Part shown: one piece after another, positions 30,911 through 45,248 of the stretch | How the letters are laid out: the number at the start of each line of letters is the position of its first letter | Position numbering within the stretch: position 1 is the first letter of the stretch | Assembly (NCBI GenBank): GCA_951406725.2 | Contig: OX597831.1 | Coordinates: 11,718,001 to 11,782,000 of the forward strand | Direction of reading: 5' to 3' | Source: Octopus vulgaris | Lineage: Eukaryota | Length of the DNA stretch: 64,000 nt | Notes under the pieces: generated by a model | Told to the model about the DNA's origin: nothing | Database searches by the model: none | What the model saw: the letters and a program-made list of their open reading frames with translations, nothing else | Translations under genes and position numbers: made by a program

Positions 30911-31859
30911 AAGGTCATATTTATACTAACATAAAAAGGCGCACTGAATTGAAACTTCTGTTTCTGCTGCTTTGTTTCAATGCCAGCTGATATGTTGGTA
31001 CGATCAGTACGATCAGCAGAAATTCACTCCTTGCCTTTCATTAATTCGTCCCAAACTTACCACCGTTTATATTGGGGCCCGAATCGCTTTTTTACAATCC
31101 TTCAATAGAAGTTGGCCAGATTATGTTCAGAACGTACACATCTGGAACCAGATCTGAACGTTCAATATAGCTTGGCTGAGACTCTAAGAATTCCGCAAAT
31201 CGATTATTATAAACCCGTGAACTGACAAAAATTATACACATTCTGCTTAAGTGTTGAAATAACTTGTCCTATTCAAAAAAAGCTATCAAATAAAATCCCG
31301 TTCTTTACTTTTCTTCGTTTAATTTCCAACTTATAAACACTATACAGGGATAGGAGGAGCTTTCATCAGGGTGACTCAAACTAATAGATACGAGTTCTGG
31401 ATGCTCAAATAGATGTGCCGCTAAAATTCCAGTTCAAACAGCAGTTGAAGCTGTGGTATGTGATAGTCTTGTTCAAAACGGCTAGAAGTAGCTTCCACTT
31501 GAGTCAATAGGCAGAAGTTCAAGTAGTTACGTATTTTAACCGATAAACATTATACATGATACAGTATGATATATTTTACTAATCTTTAAGTGGGCTAATA
31601 ATTATAAAACAAGCCCTGCTTTAAGTGTGTATTTATTTGAATTTGTTAAAACAATTTAGCTCTTTACTTTTCATTATTTATTTCATGTTTTAAATATATT
31701 TTTACACTGTCTCCAGAAAACCGGAAAATTCCGAAATTCAGGAACACTGGACCCTTCCGTTTTCAATCTTGCCGGATAATTGGTCGTGTAGTGTCAAGTA
31801 GTATTCATTTAAGCTCATTGTTTTTGTATAGAAATTATATTTAAACGTTTATTAAATCA

Positions 31860-32020
31860 AAAGCTGCGCGTAAATAGCTCTAATTGCAATTAGATAGACA
31901 GCTCTAATTACGGTTATTTAGCTTGATTAATTCATTGTTATTCTTTTGCACTTGACGCACCTTCTAAGGCAAACAAATGGCATGCATAATAATTTAATTA
32001 CTTCGGTCATTGGATTGCAG
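31860..32020. promoter_or_regulatory. Homeodomain-site-rich unique island, candidate enhancer
   Basis: AGCTCTAATT twice, the palindrome CTAATTGCAATTAG, TGATTAATT and TAATTTAATTA within 160 bp. Motif inference only. Confidence 0.25.
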
Positions 32021-32119
32021 CCTTGCTGGTGCCGTGAGGAGAATTATATTTGTTCCTTGTGGGCATATACTGGAGTTTATTCTTCATAGGTAAGAATGAC
32101 TAAAGGTGTTCAAACATAT

Positions 32120-32288
32120 GTGGCTGTGTGGTAAGAAGGTTGGTTCCTAACCACACGGTCCCGTGTTTAGTCTCACCGCATGGCACCTTTGGCAAGTGTC
32201 TTCGATTATAAACTCGGGTTTACTAAAGCCATGTTAGTGGATTTGGTAGGAAACAGAAAAAAGCTTATCGTATATGTATATGTATGTA

Positions 32289-32359
<71 letters not shown>

Positions 32360-32593
32360 ATATATATATATATGAAGGGGATTATTCTTTATGTTGCATG
32401 TCTCATTTCTCTGTTTTTTTCGTTGTTCGAAAAAAGTTCGTTTTCTATGTTTTTGTTTTTATGTTTTCGTTTCTCATTGTGTTCAACGTTTCGTTTGACG
32501 TCCTGTACCAATATATACATGTATATATACATATATATGTAGGTATGTACATATATGTATGTATATATGCATATGTATATATCTATATCTATC

Positions 32594-32641
<48 letters not shown>

Positions 32642-32945
32642 GAGAGAGAGAGAGATAGATAGAGAGATAGAGAGATAGATATATATACACGTATATGTGT
32701 TTGTGTGTGTCTGTGTGCCTGCCTGTCTGTCTTTGTGTCTGTGTTTGTCCTTCGCCTCCGCTTGGCAACCGATATTGTCGTTTTATGTTCTCGTAACATA
32801 GTGGTTTGATAAAAGAGACTGATAAAATAAGCACCAGGCCTAAAAGACAAAACTAAATGCTGGAGTCGATTCATTTGACCAAAAACTTTTGAATGTGGAG
32901 CCACAGCATGGCCGCGGTCTAATGACTCAAACATATAAAAAATAA
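32120..32945 (+). mobile_element. SINE family A with expanded internal microsatellite carrying a nested insert (32373-32512)
   Basis: 5' half at 32120-32272 and 3' half at 32735-32945. The insert (GAAGGG...TTCGTTGTTCGAAA...ACGTTTCG..GACGTCCTGT) matches 49987-50110. Confidence 0.78.
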
Positions 32946-33016
32946 AAAATAACATAATATTATAGAAACAACAGTCTATGACACTCCCACAAATGTGCTT
33001 GTGTCTTTGGGATGAA

Positions 33017-33060
33017 GGGCTCGAACCGCCAACCTCTCGGTTAACGGCCAAACGCGCTAA
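33017..33060 (-). pseudogene. tRNA-Asn(GTT) fragment, pseudogene
   Basis: TTAGCGCGTTTGGCCGTTAACCGAGAGGTTGGCGGTTCGAGCCC differs at about 4 of 44 positions from the metazoan tRNA-Asn(GTT) as I recall it. The 5' end and acceptor stem are absent. Confidence 0.8.
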
Positions 33061-33419
33061 AGATATGATGTGCTGTTGAAAATCAGATTGTTATTCTTTG
33101 GAAAGAAGAAGAAGAAGAAGAAGAAGAAGAAGAAGAAGAAGAAGAAGAAGAAGAAGAAGAAGAAGAAGAAGAAGAAGAAGAAGAAGAAGAAGAAGAAGAA
33201 GAAGAAGAAGAAGAAGAAGATCCTTGGTTTAACACTTACGAGGATGTGCAGAAAAGCTCCTGGTTTTGGATAAAAGAAAATAGAGGAGGGTCAACTAATT
33301 AAGATTTTATTCAAAATATTCCCCTCTTCAGATTCACAACAATAACAACAACAACAATAACAACAACAACAATAACAACAACAACAACAACAACAATAAT
33401 AATAATAATAAATAATAAT

Positions 33420-33850
33420 CTTTTATCTTTTCTCTTCTCCTTGTTTCACTCATTTCGCTGCGGCCATGCAGGAGCACCACCTTGAAGGCTTTTAGTCGAA
33501 CAAATCGACCCTTGGACTTACTATTTTTTTAAGCTTGTTACTGATTCTGTCGATGTCTTTTGCCGAACTACTAAGTTACATGAACGTAAACACACCAACA
33601 CTGGTTTTCAAGTGGTGATGGCGGTGGTGGTGGACAAACAACGATAAATATACGCATATATATATATATATATATATACATAAATATATATGCGACGGGC
33701 TTCTTTCAGTTTCCGTCGACCAAATCTACAAGGCTTTGGTTGGACCGGGGCTATAGTAGAAGACACTTGCCCAAGGAGCCACTCAGTGGGACTGAACCCG
33801 GAACCATTTGGTTGGGAAACAAGTTTTTTTTTTTTACCACACAGGCATTC
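33420..33850 (-). mobile_element. SINE family A, full length
   Basis: Head, CORE-like TTGGGCAAGTGTCTTCTACTATAGCC, internal (TA)n, and 3' half ending GAAACAAGGAGAAGAG. Confidence 0.87.
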
Positions 33851-34036
33851 CTGAGCGATTATTTGTACCTAAACATTCATGTTTATATTAATGTGTATCT
33901 ATCTATTTATATATCTATCCACACACACACACACACACACACACTCACATACACTACACGCACGCACACATACACACACCTATAAACCGAGAGAGTGATT
34001 GATAGAAAGTTCGCGATATGAATATATATATATACC

Positions 34037-34268
34037 TATTTCTTTACTACCCACATGGGGCTAAACATAGAGGGGACAAACAAGGACAGACAAACGGATT
34101 AAGTCGATTACATCGACTCCAGTGCGTAACTGGTACTTTATTTATCGACCCCGAAAGGATGAAAGGCAAAGTCGATCTCGACGGAATTTGAACTCATAAC
34201 GTAACGGCAGACGAGATACGGCTACGCGTTTCGCCCGGCGTGCTAACGTTTCTGCCAGCTCGCCGCCT
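34037..34268 (-). mobile_element. SINE family B, young full-length copy with Tx1-like tail
   Basis: GGCGGCGAGCTGGCAGAAACGTTAGCACGCCGGGCGAAA...TTGTCCCCTCTATGTTTAGCCCCATGTGGGTAGTAAAGAAATA|GGTAT. Confidence 0.92.
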
Positions 34269-34782
34269 TAGAAATATATAGCTACATACACATGCACAAA
34301 CACACACGCTCGTATACGCACGCACATACACATATGCTGACACACACATAAACACACACACACACACACGCACTCAGCTTTGAATGAACAGTTCTTAATT
34401 GGCGGAAAGTGACGAAAGTGACTCAAGAATGGTTGGGTGGGGGGAGGCATTTGATAAGCGTCAAACACGAAACTCTCAGCTTTTAAGTCACTATTGCATT
34501 CAGTAAGCACTCTCTATCTCTATCTCTCTCTCTCTCTATCTCTCTCTCACACACACACAAACACAAACAAATATGTATGTGTATATATGTGTATATATGT
34601 TGTGTGTGTGTGTGTGCGTGTTTGTGCGTGTGTGTGATGCATTTATGCATGCGTATGCCAATGAATATATACAGTGATGTGTGTATGTGTGTGTGTTGTG
34701 ATGCTCGCGTGTTTATGAATGCGTTCATGTGCGTGCATGTATTCATTTGGGCGTGTGTGTACGTATGCTTGTGCGCATCTGC

Positions 34783-34818
<36 letters not shown>

Positions 34819-35177
34819 ATAATATTTATAAATGTCCGTTTGTCGGTGGCGATTTTAAACCAATATTAAGAGCATCAAGAGGATATTTCCTAACAGGACG
34901 TGAATCAATGATAAAAAGGGTCAGATTTATTATAGAATTGCTTTTGACAGGGATTTAAGTTCCAGCCAACGGATTTTTGAAGCCAAAGAAGCACCTGGCG
35001 CTTCTTACGTCTATCTATCTGTCTTCCTATGTATGTATGTGTGTAGGTATGCATGTATGTATGTATGTATGTATGTATGTATGTATGTATGTATGTATGT
35101 ATGTATGTATGTATTAATGTAGGTATTTATGTATGTAGGTATGTATGTATGTATGTATCTATCTATCTATCTATCAA

Positions 35178-35210
<33 letters not shown>

Positions 35211-35448
35211 ATCTATATCTATCTATATATATATATCCATCTATATCTATCTATAAGGGGAGAATTCACAAAAAAAAAAAAAAACAGGTGGTGTATGTAT
35301 ATATATATATATATATATCTACTGTGTGTGTGTACATAGATAGATATAGATACTTATATATATATATATATGTATGTTTGTGTGTGTGTGTGTGTGTATG
35401 TATATATATGTACAATGGATACATATATTTATATATATATATATAAAT

Positions 35449-35479
<31 letters not shown>

Positions 35480-35488
35480 CACACTTAC

Positions 35489-35534
<46 letters not shown>

Positions 35535-35636
35535 GAATACACATACAAATACACACCATACACACACATATATATGGATATAGGTGTAGATATAGATATT
35601 AAGATAGACAGACGGACCGACCGACCGACAGATAGG

Positions 35637-35688
<52 letters not shown>

Positions 35689-36122
35689 CATACAGATTTG
35701 AGAATACGCCTCATATATTTCTATACGGACCTGCACTCACATCTACAAGGAGAGACAGACTGACACACGGACAGAAACGTATATAAATAGATATGGCTAT
35801 GGATATATACGCTTATATGAAAATACATAGTCAGACATCAGCATGTGTATATGTGTGTGTGTGAGTGTGTGTGCGTGTGTGTGTGTGTGTGTGTGTTTCC
35901 GTGTACGTATGCATATGGATATAGACTCGAGTTTCGCATCAGCGCAAATGCATCCAAGAAAAATACTCTACTGCCAAACATACACACACACACACACACA
36001 CGCATTCAGAGGGAAACTCACTATTAATACACATACTTAATAATACATGCACATACACCCACCTACCCGGACACACATCAACACACATACGCATACACAA
36101 ACGACTACACACACATATGTAT

Positions 36123-36167
<45 letters not shown>

Positions 36168-36368
36168 CTATACATACACGCATACATACATATATGTTGG
36201 TATGTATGTATACATAGATATACAAACAGATATGTGTATATATGTACATAAATACACGTTTACATATGCTTACAATAGAAAGATTATTATTATTATTATT
36301 ATTATCATTATTATTATTATAACTGTTGTTGTTGCTGTTGTTGTTATTATTATTGTTGTTGTTGATGC

Positions 36369-36410
<42 letters not shown>

Positions 36411-36776
36411 CATTATTATTATACTAAATCATAATTATCATCATCACCATCGTCGTGTTGATCATGATTCACATAATCCTTAATCCGTTTCAGCTAATCT
36501 TCGCCTCCCAGGGTCGATAATATAAGGAAGCCATCAAATGTTAAGGGCAGCGAACCCCAACTGCCACCTCTCCCCTGAACACCGGAGGCATTGTACTTGA
36601 ATTAGAAACAATCTGTCGAAACGTGAAGCTTCGCCATACGTTAGTCCGATAGTATCGCGTTACGAAATATTCAAATTGTTTTCAGTAACCGTTAGCATGA
36701 TACTTGGACTCTATATTTGAATATGTGCGAGTGTGTGTGTGTATGCGAATGCGCGTGTACGTGAGTGTGTGAGTGC

Positions 36777-36807
<31 letters not shown>

Positions 36808-36952
36808 TAAATGATTTTGTGTGGGTTGTGTTGATGTGCATAGATAGATAGAAATATAGATAGATAGATAGATAGGTAGATAGATAGAGAGGAAGGTAAA
36901 AACATACATACACACAGGCTTATCCATCTATATAAATATTGGTATGACTACG

Positions 36953-37032
<80 letters not shown>

Positions 37033-37050
37033 TATATAAGTACATAAAGG

Positions 37051-37092
<42 letters not shown>

Positions 37093-37122
37093 CATATACA
37101 TAAAGATGTGTATATATATATA

Positions 37123-37417
37123 TGTTGTTGTTTGTTCTTTCTCGAGCCATGACTGGCTCATAAGGGCCGGTTTCATTGGGTTATAGGTTCCCCACCTGGA
37201 TGGGACGCCGGTCCGTCACTGGTGAGCTGCTAGATGCAGGAGGAAGGAGTGAGAGAAAGTTGTGGTGAAAGATTCAGCAGAATTTCGCCATTCCCTTCTG
37301 CCGGAACTACGTGGTGCTTAGGTGTTTCACTCATAAGCAGACACATCACCCGATCCAAGATTCGAACCCGCTATCCCTCGACCGACCGCGAGCCCGCTGT
37401 TCTAACCACTAGGCCAT
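37123..37417 (-). mobile_element. SINE family C head and body with tail type 2
   Basis: The head and the CACCTAA..CACG..CCGGCAG body match 27011-27190. The 3' part differs (CCGGCCCTTATGAGCCAGTCATGGCTCGAG plus (CAA)n). Confidence 0.78.
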
Positions 37418-37561
37418 ACATATGTGTGTATGCATGTATATGTGTATACAAAACAGACAGAGATATACAGGTATTTCATATATATACATGTTTATATATA
37501 CATATATATAAAGATATATATATACATATATACATATACATATATACATATATATATATAT

Positions 37562-37610
<49 letters not shown>

Positions 37611-37638
37611 CATATATACATATGTATGTATATGTATA

Positions 37639-37712
<74 letters not shown>

Positions 37713-37725
37713 CATATATATGTAG

Positions 37726-37780
<55 letters not shown>

Positions 37781-38246
37781 ATTATATATACATACATATA
37801 TACATAATGCTCTTAGAGAGCGTCATGTCTAATAAGTCTTACTTTTACCGATGTACATACACGTACACATATAAATATATATGTGTGTGTATGTGTGTAT
37901 GTGTGTGTACATGTGTGAGTGCGTGCATGCGTGTGTGTATGTATCTTTAGAGAGAGTAGACAGGAACTTGAGTGTAGAAACTGTGAGACAGTAAACACAC
38001 ACACAGACCCACTCATATATGGCCATCACCCGCGTGAGATATCATATATAGTAACGTTTATCTGTGGGAACGGCGTAATTTCGATGTCTTCGTCATATTA
38101 CACGCGCACACGCGCTCAGAAACGCACCTGCCCACACCAAAGTATATATTTATATACATATGTGTGTGTGGGTGTATGTATATATTGATATAGAAATATA
38201 TATTAGGATATATAACTATTTATATACAGCAGTAAATATATATTGT

Positions 38247-38350
<104 letters not shown>

Positions 38351-38462
38351 TATAACTCTATATGGATAGATAGTTAGAGAGATAGAGAGATAGATAGATA
38401 GATATATAGATAGATATGTATATATGTACGCATATAAATATATATTAGTATATATTATCTAA

Positions 38463-38493
<31 letters not shown>

Positions 38494-38675
38494 TATATAT
38501 ACACATGTATAAGCATATGTATATAATATATATATATACATATATATACATATATATACATATATATATACATATACATACACACTTGGATACACACACG
38601 TTAATGTCGGCATATGTATAATATATATTCATACATATACGTATACATACAGCTCTTTATCTATATGTGTGTGTG

Positions 38676-38742
<67 letters not shown>

Positions 38743-39046
38743 GCTTACATACATGCATATCGTTAGAGAGAGAGGTACATATATTTGCACAGCAAAACAG
38801 TTTAAACTTCAACTTTAATTAACGTTTAAATGAAATTAGTCGACGGTAAGTTCCCAGCGGAGTAGCGCTGTGTGAGATTGAAACTATGTCGATGTTCTTT
38901 GTAAAAGGAGACAATTGCATTTGAGACGAGTGCGGAGGGATGAGTGATGTATTGTGTATAAAGACTGCTGATGATCATACCGCTGTACGTTTTATGTTCA
39001 TTTATAGACATATGCATACATACACACATATACGTATTTATTATGC

Positions 39047-39092
<46 letters not shown>

Positions 39093-39141
39093 ATATGTAT
39101 GTATGATAAACACACACACATACTCGTGTATATATATGTGA

Positions 39142-39194
<53 letters not shown>

Positions 39195-39221
39195 TACATA
39201 TATATATACATATATATATAT

Positions 39222-39256
<35 letters not shown>

Positions 39257-39418
39257 CAAATGCACATATAAAGATATACATACATACATACATGGACATA
39301 TTTTCGCATATAAAAACTGTATATTTGTATTTATGTGTCCTTGTAGTCATTTGTGTGCTAGTATACATACATACATATATATATATATATGTATGTGTAT
39401 ATATATATATATACAATC

Positions 39419-39457
<39 letters not shown>

Positions 39458-39640
39458 TTCATATATATATATGTATATATAAATATAGATATATATATAT
39501 GTTTGTATGTATGTATGGTGTATATGTAACATATAGAGTATAATACCTATTTGTATCTGTATATTTACATGTTTGTAGAGAGAGAGAGGGAGAGATAATT
39601 GATAGATAAGTCGATAGGTAAATATTGGTGTCTATGTGTA

Positions 39641-39760
<120 letters not shown>

Positions 39761-39763
39761 TTT

Positions 39764-39813
<50 letters not shown>

Positions 39814-40859
39814 CATATATACATGTATATATATGTATATATATATGCATAAATATATATATATATATTTATATTTATATTTTTATATATATTTATATAT
39901 TATATAAGTTAGCATGTATGTGTGTATGTATGCAGAATTCGTTAAAAGTTCAATCATTGTATATCGCCTCTACGTGTTTCTCGTTGCCGCCTTCTTTGCT
40001 CATGGAAATCGGAACATAAATACCGTTTGTGTTTATCAACCAGTGAACGTTTCTGTTGAACATAGCAATAGAAATATTACTGCAATGATGTTTACATCGA
40101 GTTTAAAAATTATTCAACATTGAGTCATCGTGTCAAATTCCTTTTACAGTTATCAAACTGAGACCATAAGCACATATTTCGAATCAACAGTTTTGCGTCA
40201 AATTGCCTGGCCTTATTTATCATTATCCTATATTGAATGAGGTTTATAGACCTCTAAACCTTAAAACTGTAGCTGGGAAAATACTATATGAATCATTTAT
40301 GCCACGGTACGTTTAGACCAAAATCAACTCCTTTATTGAGTGGGTTATAGTGACGCGGGGCATGACGTAATTGTAAGTGAAAAAACTAAACGACTTATCG
40401 GGTAGAACGTTGAAGTTCAAAATAACCCGACCAATATTGCTCAATGCATGTCTAACATATCTGAGTCTCCTTATTATAGCGAAAGTCGATTGTTTCATAT
40501 AGAAAAGCAAAGATAATATCTAGGGATTGTTATTGTCAAGCAAGTAACTTAGCCTGTGACTGTCATGTAACTGAAGACAACATGCAAGACACATCTTAGC
40601 CATTAATAAACGCACAAAAGCTGTTAACTTCGTTTGATCACCTTTTTGTTGGTTTTAAAATTTTCGTCGCACTGTCTGCATCCTGGTCATTGACACAGTT
40701 TTTCGGCAACTCATTGGGTAATTTTGTAATCGCTGTTTGAAAAAGATGCAGAGGCGGCGCAGCATTTGCAGCCAACTTTTCTCTACGATTTTAAAATGTT
40801 AAGTCGTCCCTGGATGATAGAATTGAAACTACAAAAAGGACAGATACTGAGGAAATGAT

Positions 40860-40898
<39 letters not shown>

Positions 40899-40900
<2 letters not shown>

Positions 40901-41056
40901 GACGTGCTTCTTTCAGTTTCCATTAACTAAATCCACTCATAAGGCTTTGGTCAGCCCAAGGCTATAGGAGAAGACACTTACACAAAGTGCCGCACAGTGG
41001 GACTGAACCCGGAACCATGTAGTTGGTAAGCAAGCTACTTACCACACAGCCACTCC
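40899..41056 (-). mobile_element. SINE family A, 5' half
   Basis: GGAGTGGCTGTGTGGTAAGTAGCTTGCTTACCAAC...GGTTCAGTCCCACTG...AACTGAAAGAAGC then (TA)n. Confidence 0.88.
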
Positions 41057-41500
41057 TATGAAATTTTGAATTTAGCCCCCCCACCCCCACCCCGCCACAT
41101 CCGCACTAACCTTGCGGACCCCAGGTTGGGTTCCGCTGCTTTAGTTACTAGTGACCCAGCCTTCCAAGCAATGGAACTGAGTTCAAGACCATAGGATTGC
41201 GGAGCAAACGATTTCACCACACAACCAGGCTCATGTTTTGTACCCCTAGTGACCCACTCAATTAAGGAATCCAGGTAGATGTGGTTTGTCTAGTATTAGC
41301 AAAAAGGAAATTGTGTGGTTACTGATTGAAGGTTAAGGGAGGAGGAAAGATTGCCACAATATTTAGCTATGCAACCATGTCTTATAGAATGAAAGAATAA
41401 CAAAGGAGGGAGGGGAGTACATTAGACAGTGAGGGTTGCAGAAGGATTTCAAGTTGAGATGATATTAAAGTGTAAGAGAGAAGGGAAGGAGTAGGGGTAA

Positions 41501-41540
<40 letters not shown>

Positions 41541-42644
41541 TGAGAGAGAGAGAGAGAGAGCGAGAGAGATAGACAGATGGACAGACAAACAGACGGATAT
41601 ACAGTCAAACGGATAGACAGACAGACGGACGGACAGAGACGGGCAGGCTGACAGATTGACAGACAGATAGACAGGCAGGCGGACAGACAGGCTACCAAAC
41701 AGACAGACGGACGGACGAATAGAACAGGCAGGCAGACAGACGGTTATAGATAAAAAGAAGAGAGCAAACAGAAATGAACAGATATGGAAGCCACAGACAG
41801 CATGCTTTAGTGAAGTAATTATCGAATGTTAATTAATGCTTAGGTGTGAAGATGACTACAATATTATCACATCAATTAATACACGCACACGCACACACAC
41901 GCACTCACACTCATGCGCATACGCATACACACGAGCTAACAACAAAACCTCCAGGTGGTTGCTCAACATGCTAGAAATAACAATAGCAACGACTAACAAT
42001 TGCGCCAGGTGTATTTCGGCGTTTTTTTGTTTTCTGTTTTTTGTATCTTAGTTTCCTAAAATATGATTACCTTAATTACTCTTCTGTTATGCCTTGTTTC
42101 CGAACGTTCTTCTCACCTGTGTTCCTTGTCACTCCTTAATTTCCTTTTAAAATTTTTTCTGTTTTTCTTCTTCTAGTTTTTCACTGATTTCTGTTTTTTT
42201 TTCTGACCAATCCACAATTTTTATTTCCTCTTTCAGTATTCACCAGACTCTAGTTTCTTCCTTACCCTTATCTTTATTTTCTGCAATTTCTCTAATCTTT
42301 CTTACCCTTCTGTAATTTCTGTTTTTTCATTACAACATCCATCTTTCTTGTTGCCTCTCTTTTGTGACCAACTAATTTCCTTTAACGGTCTTAAAATTCG
42401 CCAATATTTATGCTTTACAATTCTGCAATCTTTCTGCTATCTTTCCATTTATTTTTACTCCTTCCCTCCTTTTCTGTCTTTGTTATCTTCCCTCTTTCTG
42501 ATTTCCAGTTCGTTTCCATGTCACTCACTAATTTCTATCCATCTTTACCATTCTACATTTCTGTTTTCTCTACCCACTACACTATAATTCCCCTACTCTA
42601 TCTTCCGGCCTTTAACTCATTTCTCAAACTCGCTATTCATAAAT

Positions 42645-42860
42645 TTGTTTTCTTTCGTCCAACACTGCTATTTCTGTTTTCTTTCATCCAACACTGCTAT
42701 TTCTGTTTTCTTCCGTTCCACACTACTATTTCTGTTTTCCTTCGCTCAACACTGTTATTTCTCTTTTCTTCCGTTCCACACTAGTATTTCTGTTTTTTTT
42801 CGCTTCACACTGTTATTTCTGTTTTCTTTCGTCCAACACTGCTATTTCTGTTTTTCCCCT
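42645..42860. repeat. 29-bp minisatellite, about 7 copies, inside a ~1.6-kb pyrimidine-rich degenerate tract (42030-43660)
   Basis: Unit approximately AACACTGCTATTTCTGTTTTCTTTCGTCC, with starts at 42661, 42690 and 42719. TTTCTGTTTT recurs through the flanks. Confidence 0.88.
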
Positions 42861-43694
42861 GACTGCACAATATAGTTTCTGTTTTCTTTCAGTCAGCTCT
42901 TTATTTGTGTTTTCTTTATTACAATTCACAAATTTCTGTTTTTAACAATCTTCACTTTCTGTTGTCTTTATCTCACTATTTCCCACGCAATTTACTTTCT
43001 AGTCTCTTTTAACTCAACTTCTGTTTCCTTGCTGACTGTTTTAACACATTTTTGCCATCTCTCAACAATTTTTCTCCCTAATTATTCCACTTTACCAATA
43101 TCTGTTTGCTGTTCTTTAGGTTCTGTTTCTTCCTTGTCTCTACATAACTTTTTCTTTCTGTTATCCCTCATAAGTTTCTGTTTTTTCTAAAATTATTCAA
43201 GTCTTATGCGTACCTCATACAAATATAACAGCTACAGCATGGCCGCAGTCAAATGACTAAAACAAATAGAAGAATAAAAGAATCTGTTTTCTTCCTCACT
43301 ACTCGGTAATTTCTGCACTTTACCTCTCCGCTTACCAATTTCTGGGTTTTTTCTTACCATTTCTCAATTTCTCGGTTTGTTTTCCACCACTCTATATCTG
43401 TTTTCTCTCACACAACTTTTTGATTTCTGTTTCCTTTTTTCCTTTCCCACACATTTCTGTTTTTGTACATTTTTCTTCCTTTTCTGTTATCTTTCTACTG
43501 TTCTATTTCTGTTTTATTTCTGACTCTTTAGAGGTTTCAGCTTTCATCCTTCCTTATTCTTCTCTAATTTCTGTTTTCCTTCATACCTATTTCTTCCACT
43601 TATTTACATAATAAATTTATTGTTCTGAGACAAATTCCGTCTCTGCATTTCCTTCATTCTTCTTCCTGTTTGGCCATTTATTCTTTAATCTTCA

Positions 43695-43890
43695 ATCTTC
43701 TACTTATTTCAGTCACGGAGGTGCGACCATGCTGCAGCATCGCCTGGCAAGGTTTAGTCAAATGAATCGGCTCCAATACTTATCTTTAAGTATGTTATTT
43801 ATCAGTATCTTTTACCGAACTGCTAAGTTACTGGGACGTAAACAAACTAACTGTGATTGTCTAATGGTGATGAGCTAAAAACAAACACAA
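43695..43890 (-). mobile_element. SINE family A, 3' half
   Basis: GCGACCATGCTGCAGCA...CCGAACTGCTAAGTTACTGGGACGTAAAC. Confidence 0.78.
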
Positions 43891-44333
43891 GCACTCACAC
43901 ATATATACAAAATCATATATACTCACACACACATGTATGTGTGTATACATATATGTATACAGACAGACAGACAGACAGATAGATAGGTAGATAGTGTTTT
44001 AACCCAGGCTGTGTTCTCTTGAAGCACATCTGCTTATTCCAGTATTTCAAATCCGTATGTAGATGCTATATTTGTGTGAGGTACGCATAAGACTTGAAGA
44101 TTCTTGAGAAACATTTTTTGCAGAATAACTATATATATGTATCAAAACAGGAAATTGGAAAATTTGGTGGTGCTATTTATTCACCATTACACATATTTCA
44201 CTTGCTAATAGGCGTTACAAAATTGTACATGTAGTCGAAAAATGTAAGATGTCTCGAAAATCAAATAGAACAAAATTTACATCTGGATGAAACGTTTTTA
44301 TATAGTTAGTAACCAGGAGTCCTACATATTGCT

Positions 44334-44630
44334 GGAGGCGAAAAGGAGCCGTCGGGCAGTGAGGTCGATTCCTGGACTGGGCTGAGTGCTGTGTTCTTGA
44401 GCAAGACACTTTATTTCACGTTGCTCCAGTTCACTCATCTGTAGAAATGAGTTGCGACATCACTGGTGCCAAGTGGTGTCGGCCTTTGCCTTTCCCTTGG
44501 ATAACATCGAAGGCGTGAAGTGGGGAGGCTGATATGCATGGTCTTCCATAAACAATCTTGCTCAGACTTGTGCCTCGGAGGGGAACTTTCCAGGTGCAAT
44601 CCCATGGTCATTCATGACCGAAGGGGGTCC
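44334..44630 (+). mobile_element. SINE family D
   Basis: Colinear with the reverse complement of 2813-3139, with the head partly deleted. Confidence 0.85.
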
Positions 44631-44699
44631 TTTATAGAAAAAGGGGAGAGATAGAAAGTTAGAGGTTGTTGTAATATATATATATATATATTATCTACC

Positions 44700-45165
44700 T
44701 GGTCATTTCGATCTTCATGTAACTTCATATGATTTACGTATCCTGCTTTTGACAACAGAACAGACATAATACATGTCCAATATCCACTGTTAATTACACT
44801 TCTAATTGTTCCTTCGCGACAGGCCCCTTGAAGCTCAGAGTGCCGTATCATCTTTCCTTCCCAGGCATTGCAACCAGTCCTCTCCAAACAGTACCTCTCC
44901 ACTTGTTCCAATCTAGAACACCATTTTCTGAATCTTTCTTGTTCATATCTAGTTTCTTCAGGTTTTCCTTCACACAGTCTTTATACCCTTTCCCTGGCTT
45001 ATGTTGTGGTCGTTTACCAGAGTTGAGCTCACCATAAAAAAGACGCTTTGGCAATCGCTCGTCTTTCATTTAAAACATGTCCAGTCCATCTCATTTGAGC
45101 CAAGATAGCATGTTGTTCAATTGAGCAACAACGTGCCATGCGCAAAACATCTGTATTTGGTATGA
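44700..45165 (-). mobile_element. RTE-clade LINE 3' fragment, pseudogenised
   Basis: LAQMRWTGHVL / MKDERLPKRLFYGELNSGKRPQHKP..GYKDCVKENLKKL....D..KWR..V, followed by a finger remnant LLSKAGYVNHMKLH. Confidence 0.88.
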
Positions 45166-45248
45166 TTGTGTTATATGATGGGGTGTGGCATGTGTGTTGA
45201 TGGGACAGCTATCGTCTGTCAAGATGAAGCAACCGTCATGCATGTATA

